Below, one piece after another: positions 19,922-30,162 of a stretch of DNA of 64,000 bases. The position numbers and the translations under genes are program-made. Within the stretch, counting starts at the first letter, position 1, and each line of letters starts with the position of its first letter. The notes under the pieces were generated by a model that worked only from the letters and a program-made list of their open reading frames with translations, was not told the origin of the DNA and searched no databases. The DNA comes from a candidate division FCPU426 bacterium (lineage in GTDB: Bacteria > Oederibacteriota > JAAXVQ01 > JAUVAV01). The stretch covers positions 32,001 to 96,000 of the forward strand of contig DAOWGI010000002.1 of the NCBI GenBank assembly GCA_030637655.1, written 5' to 3'.

Positions 19922-20647
19922 ATGCGGAGGGTTAACCCAGTGAAAAAATTCTATGTTTTACAGCATATTGATTGTGAGCCGTTAGGTATTTGGGAAGAAG
20001 AACTTAAACGTTGGTATGCCCGGTACGAGTATATTAAAGTCTGGGAAGGAGCACCCCTGCCGGAACCGGAAAACACCTTAGCGGCGATAGTGTTGGGTGG
20101 TCCTATGAGCGTGAATGACACTGAAAATTTTCCTTTTGTGACAAAAGAGATTGAGTATTTGCGGAAATTAGTTGATGCCAAAGTGCACGTGTTGGGAGTA
20201 TGTCTGGGAGCGCAATTGCTGGCTGCGGCCTTAGGCGCTGAAATTTCCAATGGTTCCAAAGCGGAAATTGGCTATTCGACCATTACTCTGACACATGAAG
20301 GAACCGAGGATCGTCTGATGCTGGGGTTTCCTATGGAATTTCCAGTATTCCAGTGGCATGAACAAGGATTTGAATTACCCAGGGGTGCTAAAAGACTGGC
20401 TGGGACAGAAGACTATCCCAACCAAGCATTTCGCTATGAAAATGTCTGGGGTCTGCAATTTCATTTGGAAGTCACACCGGAAATGGCGGAAAATTTCAGC
20501 CAAGCGTATGCCGATATGTTGGAACAGGTACCCAATCTCACACCGCGAAAATTAAAAGAACAAGCGGCAGTTAATGGCCATATGGTAACCTTGTATGGCC
20601 GGCAAGTGATTAGGCGTTTTTGGGATTCTGTAACGACCGGCGATTAA
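19922..20647 (+). CDS. Type 1 glutamine amidotransferase (GMP-synthase-like, stand-alone)
   Basis: VLQH, LGGPMSV, LGVCLGAQL (Cys nucleophile), FQWH, GLQFHLE (His-Glu). The start may be GTG 19940. Confidence 0.9.
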   Translation: MRRVNPVKKFYVLQHIDCEPLGIWEEELKRWYARYEYIKVWEGAPLPEPENTLAAIVLGGPMSVNDTENFPFVTKEIEYLRKLVDAKVHVLGVCLGAQLLAAALGAEISNGSKAEIGYSTITLTHEGTEDRLMLGFPMEFPVFQWHEQGFELPRGAKRLAGTEDYPNQAFRYENVWGLQFHLEVTPEMAENFSQAYADMLEQVPNLTPRKLKEQAAVNGHMVTLYGRQVIRRFWDSVTTGD

Positions 20648-20711
20648 TGATGAATATTAATTTCCCAGGAACACAACCCCTAGGTAAAGGTTTGTCGACG
20701 ACAGGGTATTA

Positions 20712-21092
20712 TTGAATAGTGAGAGTATGGCAATGATAAAAACGACTAAGCAGCATCCCTGGCAGCTCTTGCTGCTCTTGGCTATTGGAATATTTATTGG
20801 TAGCTTTTGGTTTCTTTTTGGTTTTTTGACCGTAGTGGGAGCTTCAGCAGCCTGGTGGTACTATCCGCTTTCTTTGGCGCCAGGCAGCGCGATAATTTTT
20901 CTAGTAGTCATGGCTCGGCGAGCGCCTGTGCCTTATGGTACTGGTTTAATGGTCCTGGGATTGTCTTTGATTATTTTGTCAGCGGTGCGGGGAAGCTCGG
21001 TAGTGACCGGGATCGCCGTTGGAACACCGGTTTTTATCGTAGGTTTATGTTTTGCGTGGTTGAACAAGATTCTGTCTAAAGTTTCTGCTTAG
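20712..21092 (+). CDS. Small integral membrane protein (~4 TM)
   Basis: Four hydrophobic segments; start uncertain. Confidence 0.6.
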   Translation: MNSESMAMIKTTKQHPWQLLLLLAIGIFIGSFWFLFGFLTVVGASAAWWYYPLSLAPGSAIIFLVVMARRAPVPYGTGLMVLGLSLIILSAVRGSSVVTGIAVGTPVFIVGLCFAWLNKILSKVSA

Positions 21093-21154
21093 CCATTTGT
21101 CCTGGAGTCCTGTTTTTATACCGAATGGTGTATTCTGAGTTGCCTCGCTGATTA

Positions 21155-21183
21155 TTGACTTTGCGAATCAAACAGTATACGAT
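21155..21183 (+). promoter_or_regulatory. Putative sigma70 promoter
   Basis: TTGACT-17 nt-TACGAT upstream of the zinc-ribbon gene. Confidence 0.5.
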
Positions 21184-21218
21184 CATGATATATTATTTTT
21201 AAAAAAGAGGTGTTGAAA

Positions 21219-21461
21219 ATGGCACGATATGTGTATTTGTGTGATACCTGTAAGCAAAAATTCGAAGTGGATAAACCCATGGCGCAGTCCGGTCAGGTTG
21301 AGTCTTGTCCGCAATGTAAAACTGCGGGGGAAAGAGTTTTTACCAGACCTGGAATTACCATTAAAGGAGCGCCGATAAAATTTAAAGATGGTGATCAGAG
21401 CGCAGAAGCGGGTGGTTGTGATGGATGTTGTCATGACAGCTGTGATATGAAACAGCATTGA
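21219..21461 (+). CDS. FmdB-family zinc-ribbon protein
   Basis: MARYVYLCDTCKQKFE...CPQC...ERVF with a Cys-rich tail GGCDGCCHDSC; SD AGAGG. Confidence 0.85.
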   Translation: MARYVYLCDTCKQKFEVDKPMAQSGQVESCPQCKTAGERVFTRPGITIKGAPIKFKDGDQSAEAGGCDGCCHDSCDMKQH

Positions 21462-21525
21462 GTACCGCGTGTCAAGGCTGTTTTGGGAAAACGGGTTGGG
21501 TCGTGACGGCAAGGAAGGTTAGCTC

Positions 21526-23364
21526 ATGAAAATTTTGCCTTCATCTACGCTTAAACGATTATCACATCATTTTGAATTAAATATTATTGGAAAATGGATT
21601 TTTATTGGCATCCTGATCGGTGTGGTGGGTGGATTGGGAGCCTGGATTTTTATGCTCCTACTCAACCTGGTCCGGGCTGTATTTACAACCGGGTTGCTTC
21701 ATCACTTGGCTCCCCAGAGTGCTGATTTGCCTGGTTATTTTTCCACTTTGTTTCAATCCAAATGGTGGTGGGTTATTCCCTTGATTCCTGTGGTTGGTGG
21801 TCTGATTTCCGGACTTTTGGTTTATCTCTGGGCCCCGGAAGCTGAGGGTCATGGAACCGATGGTGTAATTCACAGTTTTCATCGGGGTCGTGGATTGATT
21901 CGTGCCCGGGTTCCGCTAATTAAAACCCTGGCTTCGGCAGCAGTGATTGGCACTGGCGGAAGCGCGGGGCGGGAAGGGCCCATTGCACAGATTGGCGCGG
22001 GTTTTGGATCTGTGCTGGGACGGTTTCTGAAAGTATCTGTGAAAGATCGGCGTTTGATGATATTGGCCGGAGCGGCAGCCGGTATATCCGCGATTTTTCA
22101 AGCACCCCTGGGTGGCGCTATTTTCACCACTGAAGTGTTGTATCGTAATCATGAATTGGAAACCGAAGCTTTAATACCCGGCATTATTTCTTCGCTGACA
22201 GCCTATTCTTTGTATACTCGTTTGGTGGGTCGCGAGCAGTTATTCATGATACCGACCTTACGTTTTGAACGGGCCGAAGAACTGGTGATTTATACAATTC
22301 TTGGTTTGCTCTGTGCCGTGGTAGGTATCGTGTACGTAAAAGTGTTTTATGGTTTCCGGGATCATTTTTTTAGGCCGTTGAAGATACCGAAGTGGCTAAA
22401 ACCGGCTTTTGGTGGATTGTTGTTAGGATTGCTGGCTGTTTTTTTACCGCAAGTATGGGGTGGTGGATATGACGTCATGCAACAAGCCATGACACATCAA
22501 TTGACAGCGACCTTAATGTTGCTTTTGGTGTTTGGAAAAATACTCGCAACCTCGTTTTCGATCAGTTCCGGCGGTTCGGGCGGTGTTTTCGCGCCCTCGT
22601 TATTCATTGGAGCCATGTTGGGAGGGTGCGTGGGAGTGACACTGACTGGTTGGTTGCCAAGTAATTTTGTGCCTGATCCTACAGCCTTGGTGGTAGTGGG
22701 TATGGGTGGTTTTTTTGCCGGGATTGCCAAAGTGCCGATTGCCAGCATTATTATGGTGTCCGAAATGACAGGTGGCTATGGCCTGCTGGTGCCCATGATG
22801 TTGGTATCTACCATTACCGTACTCTTTACGCGTCATCACACCTTGTATGAAAGACAGGTACTCTCCACCATCGATTCTCCGGCCCATAAAGGGGATTTTA
22901 TTACGGATCTGTTGGCCGGCTTATCTACCCGGGATACCAAGGCGTTACAGCAAAAGCCGGTTACAGTACGTGCAGTGACCTCCCTCAGCGACATGCTGAA
23001 AAAATTAAGCGGCAGTGATCAAAATTTGATACCAGTGGTGGATCAACAAGACATAGTGGTGGGCATGATTAATTTTCAGGATTTGCGGGATGTTTTGTTT
23101 GAGGGGGAGTTGGATTTGAACCTGGTCATTGCTGCGGATGTAGCCAAGACCACCTTTCCCTTTATCACGCCGGACACAAATCTTCATGAAGTGATTACCA
23201 AATTTGCCCAGTACAGCATGAACGAATTTCCGGTGATTGATGCTGAGAATCGTCATTTACAGGGCGTTCTAACCAAACATGAAGTCATTTATTCATATAA
23301 CAAGGAATTGCAGGGTTTTAAGGCCAAAGAGGCCAAGCTGACCAAGCGTGGAGGATTTTTATAG
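21526..23364 (+). CDS. ClC-family chloride channel / H+/Cl- antiporter with C-terminal CBS pair
   Basis: GHGTD, GGSAGREGPIAQIG (gating Glu), GGSGGVFAPSL, many TM helices, two CBS domains. Confidence 0.93.
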   Translation: MKILPSSTLKRLSHHFELNIIGKWIFIGILIGVVGGLGAWIFMLLLNLVRAVFTTGLLHHLAPQSADLPGYFSTLFQSKWWWVIPLIPVVGGLISGLLVYLWAPEAEGHGTDGVIHSFHRGRGLIRARVPLIKTLASAAVIGTGGSAGREGPIAQIGAGFGSVLGRFLKVSVKDRRLMILAGAAAGISAIFQAPLGGAIFTTEVLYRNHELETEALIPGIISSLTAYSLYTRLVGREQLFMIPTLRFERAEELVIYTILGLLCAVVGIVYVKVFYGFRDHFFRPLKIPKWLKPAFGGLLLGLLAVFLPQVWGGGYDVMQQAMTHQLTATLMLLLVFGKILATSFSISSGGSGGVFAPSLFIGAMLGGCVGVTLTGWLPSNFVPDPTALVVVGMGGFFAGIAKVPIASIIMVSEMTGGYGLLVPMMLVSTITVLFTRHHTLYERQVLSTIDSPAHKGDFITDLLAGLSTRDTKALQQKPVTVRAVTSLSDMLKKLSGSDQNLIPVVDQQDIVVGMINFQDLRDVLFEGELDLNLVIAADVAKTTFPFITPDTNLHEVITKFAQYSMNEFPVIDAENRHLQGVLTKHEVIYSYNKELQGFKAKEAKLTKRGGFL

Positions 23365-23562
23365 CCGGCACCGCGTCGCCGGTCAAATTGAACATTATAT
23401 ATGATTTAAGCGGATAGTTTTGAGACCGAGAATATTAGTACAGCTGGTTTAGAAAGTGGAAAACGCGATCATTGAACAATAATGACTTTTTTGCAGATTC
23501 GGTTTTTGCCTGATCGAGTAAAAAAATTTGGAAAAACAATGATATTCACGTGTGGATATTCA

Positions 23563-23591
23563 TTGTCAGCAAATCCCAGGCAGGCTATAAT
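23563..23591 (+). promoter_or_regulatory. Putative sigma70 promoter
   Basis: TTGTCA-17 nt-TATAAT upstream of the SBP-MCP pair. Confidence 0.6.
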
Positions 23592-23648
23592 GCGGCCTAA
23601 CCCGGGGTCTAATGATTGAGTTGTTGAGGATTACTGGAGTGGTACAAT

Positions 23649-24584
23649 ATGTTGATAAAAAAAATAACTGTGCGGACATTTTTACACCCCAAGCGTGTAT
23701 TCCTGTATATGCTGATGGTTTTATTTTCGATTGTACCGGCATCAGTTTGGGCTGAAAAAATCGTAGTCGTTCTCAGCCGGGCATTGCTGCCTTATGAACA
23801 AGCTTGGGAAGGGTTTAAACTCAACACCAGCATGAAAGTGGAAAAACTGGACATGCAAGGGGATGCGGCAAAGGGTGAAAAAATTATGAGTGGCATCTCA
23901 GGAGATTCTGTTGCGCTGGTTGTAACCATTGGTTCAGAGGCTACCATGATGGCGGGTAAATACTTGGGCGCCATACCAATGGTATATACCATGGTACTGG
24001 AACAGCCGAAGATTACCGGGAAAATCAACCGAGGTGTATTAATGCGAGTAAAATTAAAAAAGCAACTGGAGACCTTGAACAAACTTTTTCCGGATAACAA
24101 GGGTATAGGTGTAATTTATAATCTGCATTATTCAGGAGCGACCATCAATGAAGCCAGAAAAATTACCAAGGCCTTGAACGCTTATTTGCTTCCGATTGCA
24201 GTGGAAAATGTTTCCGATATTCCAAGTGCTTTGAAAAAAATAACCCGAAAAGAAATCGGTGTTTTGTGGTCCATTGTCGATGCTACTGTGGCTAAACCAG
24301 AGGCCGTTAAAATGTTGATTCAACACGCGCTAAAGGAGAAATTGCCTTTTTTGGCCTTGTCGCGTTATCATGTGAAAGCAGGCGCTTTAGCCGCTTTGTC
24401 TGTGGATTACCAGGACATAGGCGCTCAAACCGCCCACTTGTCAAAAAAAATGTTGGCCGACGGGACTTCGCAACCAGCCGAGGAACCGCGAAAATTGATT
24501 CTGTTCATTAATAAAGAAACCCAAAAAAAAATGGATATTGGTAATTTGCCGGAATTAAAAGGCATACAGGTTATCGCAAAATAG
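23649..24584 (+). CDS. ABC-type substrate-binding protein (ABC_sub_bind-like)
   Basis: Signal peptide; VVTIGSEA, IPMVYTMV, IGVIYN, VKAGALAALSVDYQDIGAQTA, LFINKET. Confidence 0.8.
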   Translation: MLIKKITVRTFLHPKRVFLYMLMVLFSIVPASVWAEKIVVVLSRALLPYEQAWEGFKLNTSMKVEKLDMQGDAAKGEKIMSGISGDSVALVVTIGSEATMMAGKYLGAIPMVYTMVLEQPKITGKINRGVLMRVKLKKQLETLNKLFPDNKGIGVIYNLHYSGATINEARKITKALNAYLLPIAVENVSDIPSALKKITRKEIGVLWSIVDATVAKPEAVKMLIQHALKEKLPFLALSRYHVKAGALAALSVDYQDIGAQTAHLSKKMLADGTSQPAEEPRKLILFINKETQKKMDIGNLPELKGIQVIAK

Positions 24585-24599
24585 CGAAGGGACAACTGC

Positions 24600-26339
24600 A
24601 TGAAGAAAAGAAAGAGTATTAAAAAGTTTATTTTTGTTTTTATTTATTCCTTTGTTTTCAGTCTATGCGTGGCGTTCTTTATTCCCAGTTTAATCCAGAC
24701 GCAGCGGCATATAAAAAGTGAGTTTCTAGAGCGGGGCAAGTCATTGACTCGCAATATTGCCTTGAATTGTCAAAATGTCATGGGTGGTGCTATGGACCGA
24801 CAGGCGCTTTTTACTTTGGCGGACAGCTTAATGCGTGAGACGGATATTCTATGGGTTGTCGTTTTGGATAAAAAAGGCGAAGTGTTGGCTGAGACCGGGA
24901 CAGTGGATTTTACCTACTTGGTTGAAGAAGTATCAGAACTCGGACATAAAGAGAAAATCGATCTGCGCGAATTACGCCTTCCGGATGGGAAAAAGGCCAT
25001 TAATTATTATATCGGCATCCGTAAGAGCGCGTCAGACACTGCGGCCATGGTCAATAAGGAATTGTCATTGCTGGAAGGTTTTGGGGGAGAAATGGCGATT
25101 CCGGAGCAATCATCCGGCGTGTCTTTTTTGGGGGACGTACACGTAGGCATGTCCTTGCAAAGATTAAACGCATCCTTTCGGAAGCTCGGTTTGCAACTGC
25201 TGATTATTTGTTTGCTGGCCTTGTGTGCCGGCACGGTGGCAGGATCCTATTTTGCCAAATTCCTGTTGGTCCCCATTAATCAATTTATCGCCCGCATGAA
25301 GGATATCGCTTCGCGCAAGGGTGATTTAACCCAGCGTCTTGCCTTGGACCGTGATGATGAGTTCGGTGAAATGGCTGATTATTTCAATGATTTTATTCAA
25401 AATGTTGCTCTGATTGTGAAAGAAACCGTTCAACTCATCGACAAAATGAATGTTTCTTTGGAGGAAATATCCGCCACCTCCGAAGAATTGAGCGCGAATG
25501 CCGACAATGTAAATGTCACGGTGCAAGGCGTTACCAATGATCTGGAAACGCAAGAGGGGGAATCCACCACCACGCACAATACCATTGAGCAAGTGCTTAC
25601 CACCATTTTACAGATTACCCGGAAATCCCAAGATGCCTATCAGGTCTCGGCTGAGACCAAAAATGTCTCGCGTGAAAGCGGCAAAACCGTCCAAGCGTCA
25701 GTAAAAATGATCGACGGAATTTCAGATAGGATGAATTTGATCGAGGAACGGATGAAGCGTCTTGATCAGTCGTTAGGCGGTATTGGGGAATTTGTGGAGG
25801 CGATTCGTAAAGTTGTCTCCCAAACCAACCTTTTATCTCTGAATGCCGCCATTGAAGCTGCGCGTGCCGGCGAGGCCGGACGCGGGTTTTCTGTGGTGGC
25901 GGAGGAAGTGCGCAAGCTCGCGGAAGATGCCAGTTCTGCTTCAGAAAAGATTCAGAATTTGATTGAAAAAATTCAAGCCGAAGTCAAAGGCACGGGCGAG
26001 GCCACACGGCAGGGTACTGAAGCGGTGTCGCAGGGCACTCGCATGGTAAACGAGGCAGGTGTTTCGCTTGGAAAAATCATGCAGAGCGCCGAGCATTCGG
26101 CCGGTGTTTCCGAGGACATCTCCAACAGTCTGACACAACAATCCGATTCCCTGAAGGGTATGATAGGGCAGGTGGAGAAGGTGAAAATATTGGTGAAGAA
26201 TAATTTTGTGGCTGCGCAATCGCTAACTGCTTCCGTGGAAGAGCAAACTGTTTCATTTGAACAAATCACTACCTCGATTCAGAAATTAAGTGAGGATGCG
26301 CAAAATATTCGAAAATTAGTAGTGGAATTTAAAATTTAA
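24600..26339 (+). CDS. Methyl-accepting chemotaxis protein
   Basis: Two TMs, HAMP (GDLTQRL..DEFGEMA..FN) and signalling hairpin [35 protein letters not shown]. Confidence 0.95.
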   Translation: MKKRKSIKKFIFVFIYSFVFSLCVAFFIPSLIQTQRHIKSEFLERGKSLTRNIALNCQNVMGGAMDRQALFTLADSLMRETDILWVVVLDKKGEVLAETGTVDFTYLVEEVSELGHKEKIDLRELRLPDGKKAINYYIGIRKSASDTAAMVNKELSLLEGFGGEMAIPEQSSGVSFLGDVHVGMSLQRLNASFRKLGLQLLIICLLALCAGTVAGSYFAKFLLVPINQFIARMKDIASRKGDLTQRLALDRDDEFGEMADYFNDFIQNVALIVKETVQLIDKMNVSLEEISATSEELSANADNVNVTVQGVTNDLETQEGESTTTHNTIEQVLTTILQITRKSQDAYQVSAETKNVSRESGKTVQASVKMIDGISDRMNLIEERMKRLDQSLGGIGEFVEAIRKVVSQTNLLSLNAAIEAARAGEAGRGFSVVAEEVRKLAEDASSASEKIQNLIEKIQAEVKGTGEATRQGTEAVSQGTRMVNEAGVSLGKIMQSAEHSAGVSEDISNSLTQQSDSLKGMIGQVEKVKILVKNNFVAAQSLTASVEEQTVSFEQITTSIQKLSEDAQNIRKLVVEFKI

Positions 26340-26429
26340 TAACCCTTTTTTTCTTGATTTTACCAGCAGCAATACATATCATACTACGACCATCTGAATT
26401 TCAAAAAACATCTAAGGAGTGATGATGCG

Positions 26430-27002
26430 ATGCATAAGGTGAAGGAATTGTGGAATCGTGTGGTATTTCGTGAAGCTGTTGAACCGGATAGTGTTTATGA
26501 AAACAGACTGTCAACCACCGAGGTGAACGACGGATACTTAAATCTGTCCAATATGGATATTCCTCCGCGTTGTTATATTGATAATGAGCTTCTGCATGTG
26601 GTCATGATTAATGTAAACGGTAAAAATGAGGAACCGGTTACGTTTCGTTGTCTGCAACGCCGGGCCACAGGAAAAAAGGGCAAGGTGTTTAAACGCCAGC
26701 GTTTTTGGCCGATTGGCTTTGGGCTGAAGGAGTGGTTCCATAAACAAGGTGTTGAGACCGGGGATTTGATCCTCATGGCCGTGGCTACGAAGTGCAATTA
26801 CCTGATTTTTCGGGCGATTCGTCCGAAAACCTTTATTATTCTACATGATCGCAGAAACGATGAACGGCGTGATTTGGAACGCCGTTTTGATGATCGCCGT
26901 AATACTATTGTGCATGTTAGTAATGACCGCCGGGCTAAAGAAAGACGTCGTTTGGATCGTCGGACTCTGGAACGCCGGGAAGAAAGCGATCTGAAAAAGT
27001 AA
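26430..27002 (+). CDS. Hypothetical protein with C-terminal (D/E)RR repeats
   Basis: SD AAGGAG; tail HDRRNDERRDLERRFDDRR...NDRRAKERRRLDRRTLERR. Confidence 0.75.
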   Translation: MHKVKELWNRVVFREAVEPDSVYENRLSTTEVNDGYLNLSNMDIPPRCYIDNELLHVVMINVNGKNEEPVTFRCLQRRATGKKGKVFKRQRFWPIGFGLKEWFHKQGVETGDLILMAVATKCNYLIFRAIRPKTFIILHDRRNDERRDLERRFDDRRNTIVHVSNDRRAKERRRLDRRTLERREESDLKK

Positions 27003-27191
27003 CCAAGTTTATTTAGTTAACCATATTATCGTGTTGACGCGAATAATTATTCGTATGGCCTCTAAAACCGAAATGGAAATTTCATAAAATAGAAACCAGC
27101 GATTTTAAAATACGCCTTAAATCATGGAATCGGTCCAAATCAAAATCAACCTTTTGGATTATTTTATTTTCGTCATTGCCGGCAACGCGGA

Positions 27192-27221
27192 TGTAGGGGC
27201 GTTTAATTAAACGCCCCTACA
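27192..27221. repeat. GTAG-type REP palindrome
   Basis: Perfect palindrome TGTAGGGGCGTTTAATTAAACGCCCCTACA. Confidence 0.88.
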
Positions 27222-27295
27222 CAAACGATATACTTGCCCCTCTGCTTGTGGTCGCTGGAGTTTATTGTTGTGAGAATATTAAACGAGGTGAGAAC

Positions 27296-27658
27296 ATGTT
27301 GTATGCACTGGGAATGATTGTGATTGGACTGGCGGCGGGAACAGCCAGCGGAGCGTTTGGGATAGGTGGCGCGATATTAATTATTCCTGTTTTGGTATAT
27401 TTGGTTGGAATGGAACAAAAAATAGCTCAGGGAACAACACTTTTACTTATGTTGCCGCCTATAGGCCTGTTGGCCGCTCTGGAATACCTACGCCGCGGTC
27501 AGGCGGATTGGCAGGCTGCAGTATGGATCTGTGTTGGATTTTTGGTTGGCGGATATATTGGCGCTAAGTTAATCGCAGGATTGTCTCCCATCCTGCTGAA
27601 ACGTACTTTTGGGGTATTACTGTTTTTGGTGGGATTGAAAATGATATTACGTCCCTGA
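27296..27658 (+). CDS. TauE/SafE (TSUP) family transporter, single-repeat form
   Basis: GLAAGTASGAFGIGGAILIIP, AQGTTL, G.IGAK; SD GAGG precedes ATG 27296. Confidence 0.85.
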   Translation: MLYALGMIVIGLAAGTASGAFGIGGAILIIPVLVYLVGMEQKIAQGTTLLLMLPPIGLLAALEYLRRGQADWQAAVWICVGFLVGGYIGAKLIAGLSPILLKRTFGVLLFLVGLKMILRP

Positions 27659-27786
27659 GATTATGAATTGGATATGGAGGTAAATACGCGGGATAATTTT
27701 TACGAACTTCGGAATAGGTATACGTAATAAAATAAAATATGTTAGAATAAATAATAAGGTTACGAATGTTGAAGGAGGAAAGTGCA

Positions 27787-28602
27787 ATGGAAAAATATCG
27801 GGAGTCGAGAAAAGAAATACTGCTGGTGCCGGTTGGAAAAGTCTTGGTTGACATTTTAGGCGAAATTGCAGTCGCCTTGCGGAAAACATATAAATTTCAT
27901 GTCCATATTGGCAGGTCGGAAGAACCCGGCATGGATGAGTATTCGGATGAACGTCGGCAATACGATGCTAAAAAACTATTGGCTTTACCGACGGCGCGAA
28001 AACGCGATAGTCTGGTGGCTGTGCTGGGTGTGGTTGACGCGGATATGTTTGCCGGGGAAAAAAGTTTTGTTTTTGGTTTGAATAAACCGGAAAAAGGAAT
28101 CGGTATTATTGCTTTGTCCCGGCTGCGTGAGGAATTTTATAAAAAACCATCCAATTCGGAATTGTTTTTACGTCGGGCTGTGACAGAAGCCATTTATCAA
28201 GTTGGTATGGCAATGCAATTATCTCCCTGCGTTATGAAAAAATGCGTCTTGCTGCCCACAACCACATTATGGCGCTTAGACAGTAAAGCGCAGACCTTTT
28301 GCGATGCCTGTCAAAACCGAATGGAGCAAAAGTTACATCCCACGGCTGAACCAGCGGATAAAAAAAAGGAACCGGAAGATAACCTTGAAGACACTATCAG
28401 CGAAGGTCCGGCTGGTGAAGAAGTTTTAGCAGATCCAACAGAGTTACAAATCGAGGAGAAACGTCCGGAGGACGAATCCGAAATATCCGCCGAACTGGTA
28501 GAACCGGAAGGTCCGATTGCCGCCGAGGCTGCTGCCATACATACTGAAACCGCCGGTCCTGAGGAACCATTGGTCGCAGATGCTCAAGAGAATGAAAAAT
28601 AG
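27787..28602 (+). CDS. Archaemetzincin (M54)-like protein with degenerate zinc site and acidic tail
   Basis: RRQYDA, LGVVDADMF..FVFG, IALSRL, terminal C..C..FCDAC. The HExxH position reads YQVGM. Confidence 0.75.
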   Translation: MEKYRESRKEILLVPVGKVLVDILGEIAVALRKTYKFHVHIGRSEEPGMDEYSDERRQYDAKKLLALPTARKRDSLVAVLGVVDADMFAGEKSFVFGLNKPEKGIGIIALSRLREEFYKKPSNSELFLRRAVTEAIYQVGMAMQLSPCVMKKCVLLPTTTLWRLDSKAQTFCDACQNRMEQKLHPTAEPADKKKEPEDNLEDTISEGPAGEEVLADPTELQIEEKRPEDESEISAELVEPEGPIAAEAAAIHTETAGPEEPLVADAQENEK

Positions 28603-28628
28603 GGACCACTTGGTAAGCGTATCCCTCT

Positions 28629-29771
28629 ATGATCTCAGAATCCATTCGCAATTTACAAATAATTTCTTCACCCGGTGTCGGAGGACGGGAAATTGATGTT
28701 CCGGTTTTAGCGCGAAAACTTATAGCGCAAGGACATCCGACTTGGGTGATGTGCCGCCCGAATACGCTGGTGGATCGTCTTTCAGCAGAGTGGGATTTGC
28801 CTTGCGAGCCAACCGGAATGCACTGGTATTTTGATCCCAAAGATGTTCTGGGGTTAGCCCGTTTTCTAAAAGCAAACAAGATTCAAATAATCCACTCTCA
28901 TTGGTCGCGGGATCTGTCCAATCTCATTTTAGCCGCCGGTTTGGCTGGTCGGATACCGGTGGTCTTAACCAAACACGTGTATTCCACAGAGATAAAACGT
29001 GATATTTTCCATGATTGGGTATACCGGCACACAGATCGGGTTATTGCCATATCGGATTTAGTGGCGGATAACATCGCAGCTACGGTCTGTGTAGCGCGTG
29101 AGCGGGTTGTTACTATTTATAACGGTATTGAATTGGCAAACCAATGGAATCCGGAGTTGACACAGCAAGTGGATCTACGTCCGGAATTTGGTGTTCCTCC
29201 CGGCAAACCGGTTTTAGGGTATGTCGGGCGCTTGAATCGCGGAAAAGGACCGCATATGATTCTGGCTGCCTTTGCTCGTGTGGCCGCGGCTTTCCCGGAG
29301 TGGCACTTAGTCTTGGTAGGCAAAGCGGTAGGGGAGAGCGAAACCAAATACGCGAAAAAACTCAAAACCGAGGTATTCACGCAGGGCTTGGAATCGCGCG
29401 TTCATTTTCCGGGATATCGCACGGACATGCCCGCTGTGATGCACACCTTTGATCTTTTGGCCAATGCCTCAGAGTTTGAATCTCTAGGTATGGTGATGGT
29501 AGAAGCCATGGCCATGGAACGGCCGGTTATCGGTCCGAACACAGGTGGTGTGCCGGAAATAATAGAGCCGGGAGTTTGTGGGGAGCTTTTTAATTACACT
29601 GATCCCCAAGATCTATCTGACAAGTTAAAAAAGCTCATGGGAGATACTGCTTTGCGGACAGCCATGGGGAAAAAAGGCCGCGAAATTGTATTGCGTAAAT
29701 TTAATTTGGATCTTATGGCAGAGCAAGTAGTAACTGTTTTTCGTGATGTGTTGCAAAAGCAGAAGAGATAG
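28629..29771 (+). CDS. Glycosyltransferase family 4
   Basis: IIHSH, IYNGI, YVGRL..GKG, ESLGMVMVEAMAMERPVI, GGVPEII. Confidence 0.92.
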   Translation: MISESIRNLQIISSPGVGGREIDVPVLARKLIAQGHPTWVMCRPNTLVDRLSAEWDLPCEPTGMHWYFDPKDVLGLARFLKANKIQIIHSHWSRDLSNLILAAGLAGRIPVVLTKHVYSTEIKRDIFHDWVYRHTDRVIAISDLVADNIAATVCVARERVVTIYNGIELANQWNPELTQQVDLRPEFGVPPGKPVLGYVGRLNRGKGPHMILAAFARVAAAFPEWHLVLVGKAVGESETKYAKKLKTEVFTQGLESRVHFPGYRTDMPAVMHTFDLLANASEFESLGMVMVEAMAMERPVIGPNTGGVPEIIEPGVCGELFNYTDPQDLSDKLKKLMGDTALRTAMGKKGREIVLRKFNLDLMAEQVVTVFRDVLQKQKR

Positions 29772-29925
29772 ACACGCGCGCTTTTGCGCATCTTAGCAAG
29801 CGCGAAAATCCACACGTTATAACGCTTCGAAATGAAACACACCTTTTAAAACAATTGAATTTCTTTTTTATTATAACCCTTGCTTTCTTCATTTTCTGTG
29901 CTATATTTAAAATATATGGATATTA

Positions 29926-30139
29926 GTAACTACTCAGGTCTGCAAGGAGCAGGGCGGTTTGGTCTTTTTTCAAGCGTGGCAGCGGTAACTGCGGAAATGT
30001 GGTTTAGAAAAGCATATCCCCCTATTGCCTGTTACCAGCTTAGACCTTGGTTTTCCGCTTTGCAATGCTTGAAAAAAAACCAAAGTGACCTGCCGGGCGT
30101 GAAGATTTGAATACTTTTTTTACCCACCTGAGTAGTTAC
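29926..30139. mobile_element. MITE family 3 (214 bp, GTAA-ended TIRs, 8-bp target duplication), IS66-like ends
   Basis: Perfect 14-bp TIR GTAACTACTCAGGT / ACCTGAGTAGTTAC; flanks GGATATTA and GAATATTA match at 7 of 8; internal fold-back. Confidence 0.75.
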
Positions 30140-30162
30140 GAATATTAGGGAGAAAAATCTCA

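Noticed and set aside
29880-30110. 76-aa ORF upstream of the giant gene
   Set aside because: It lies mostly within MITE family 3, has no SD and does not look protein-like.
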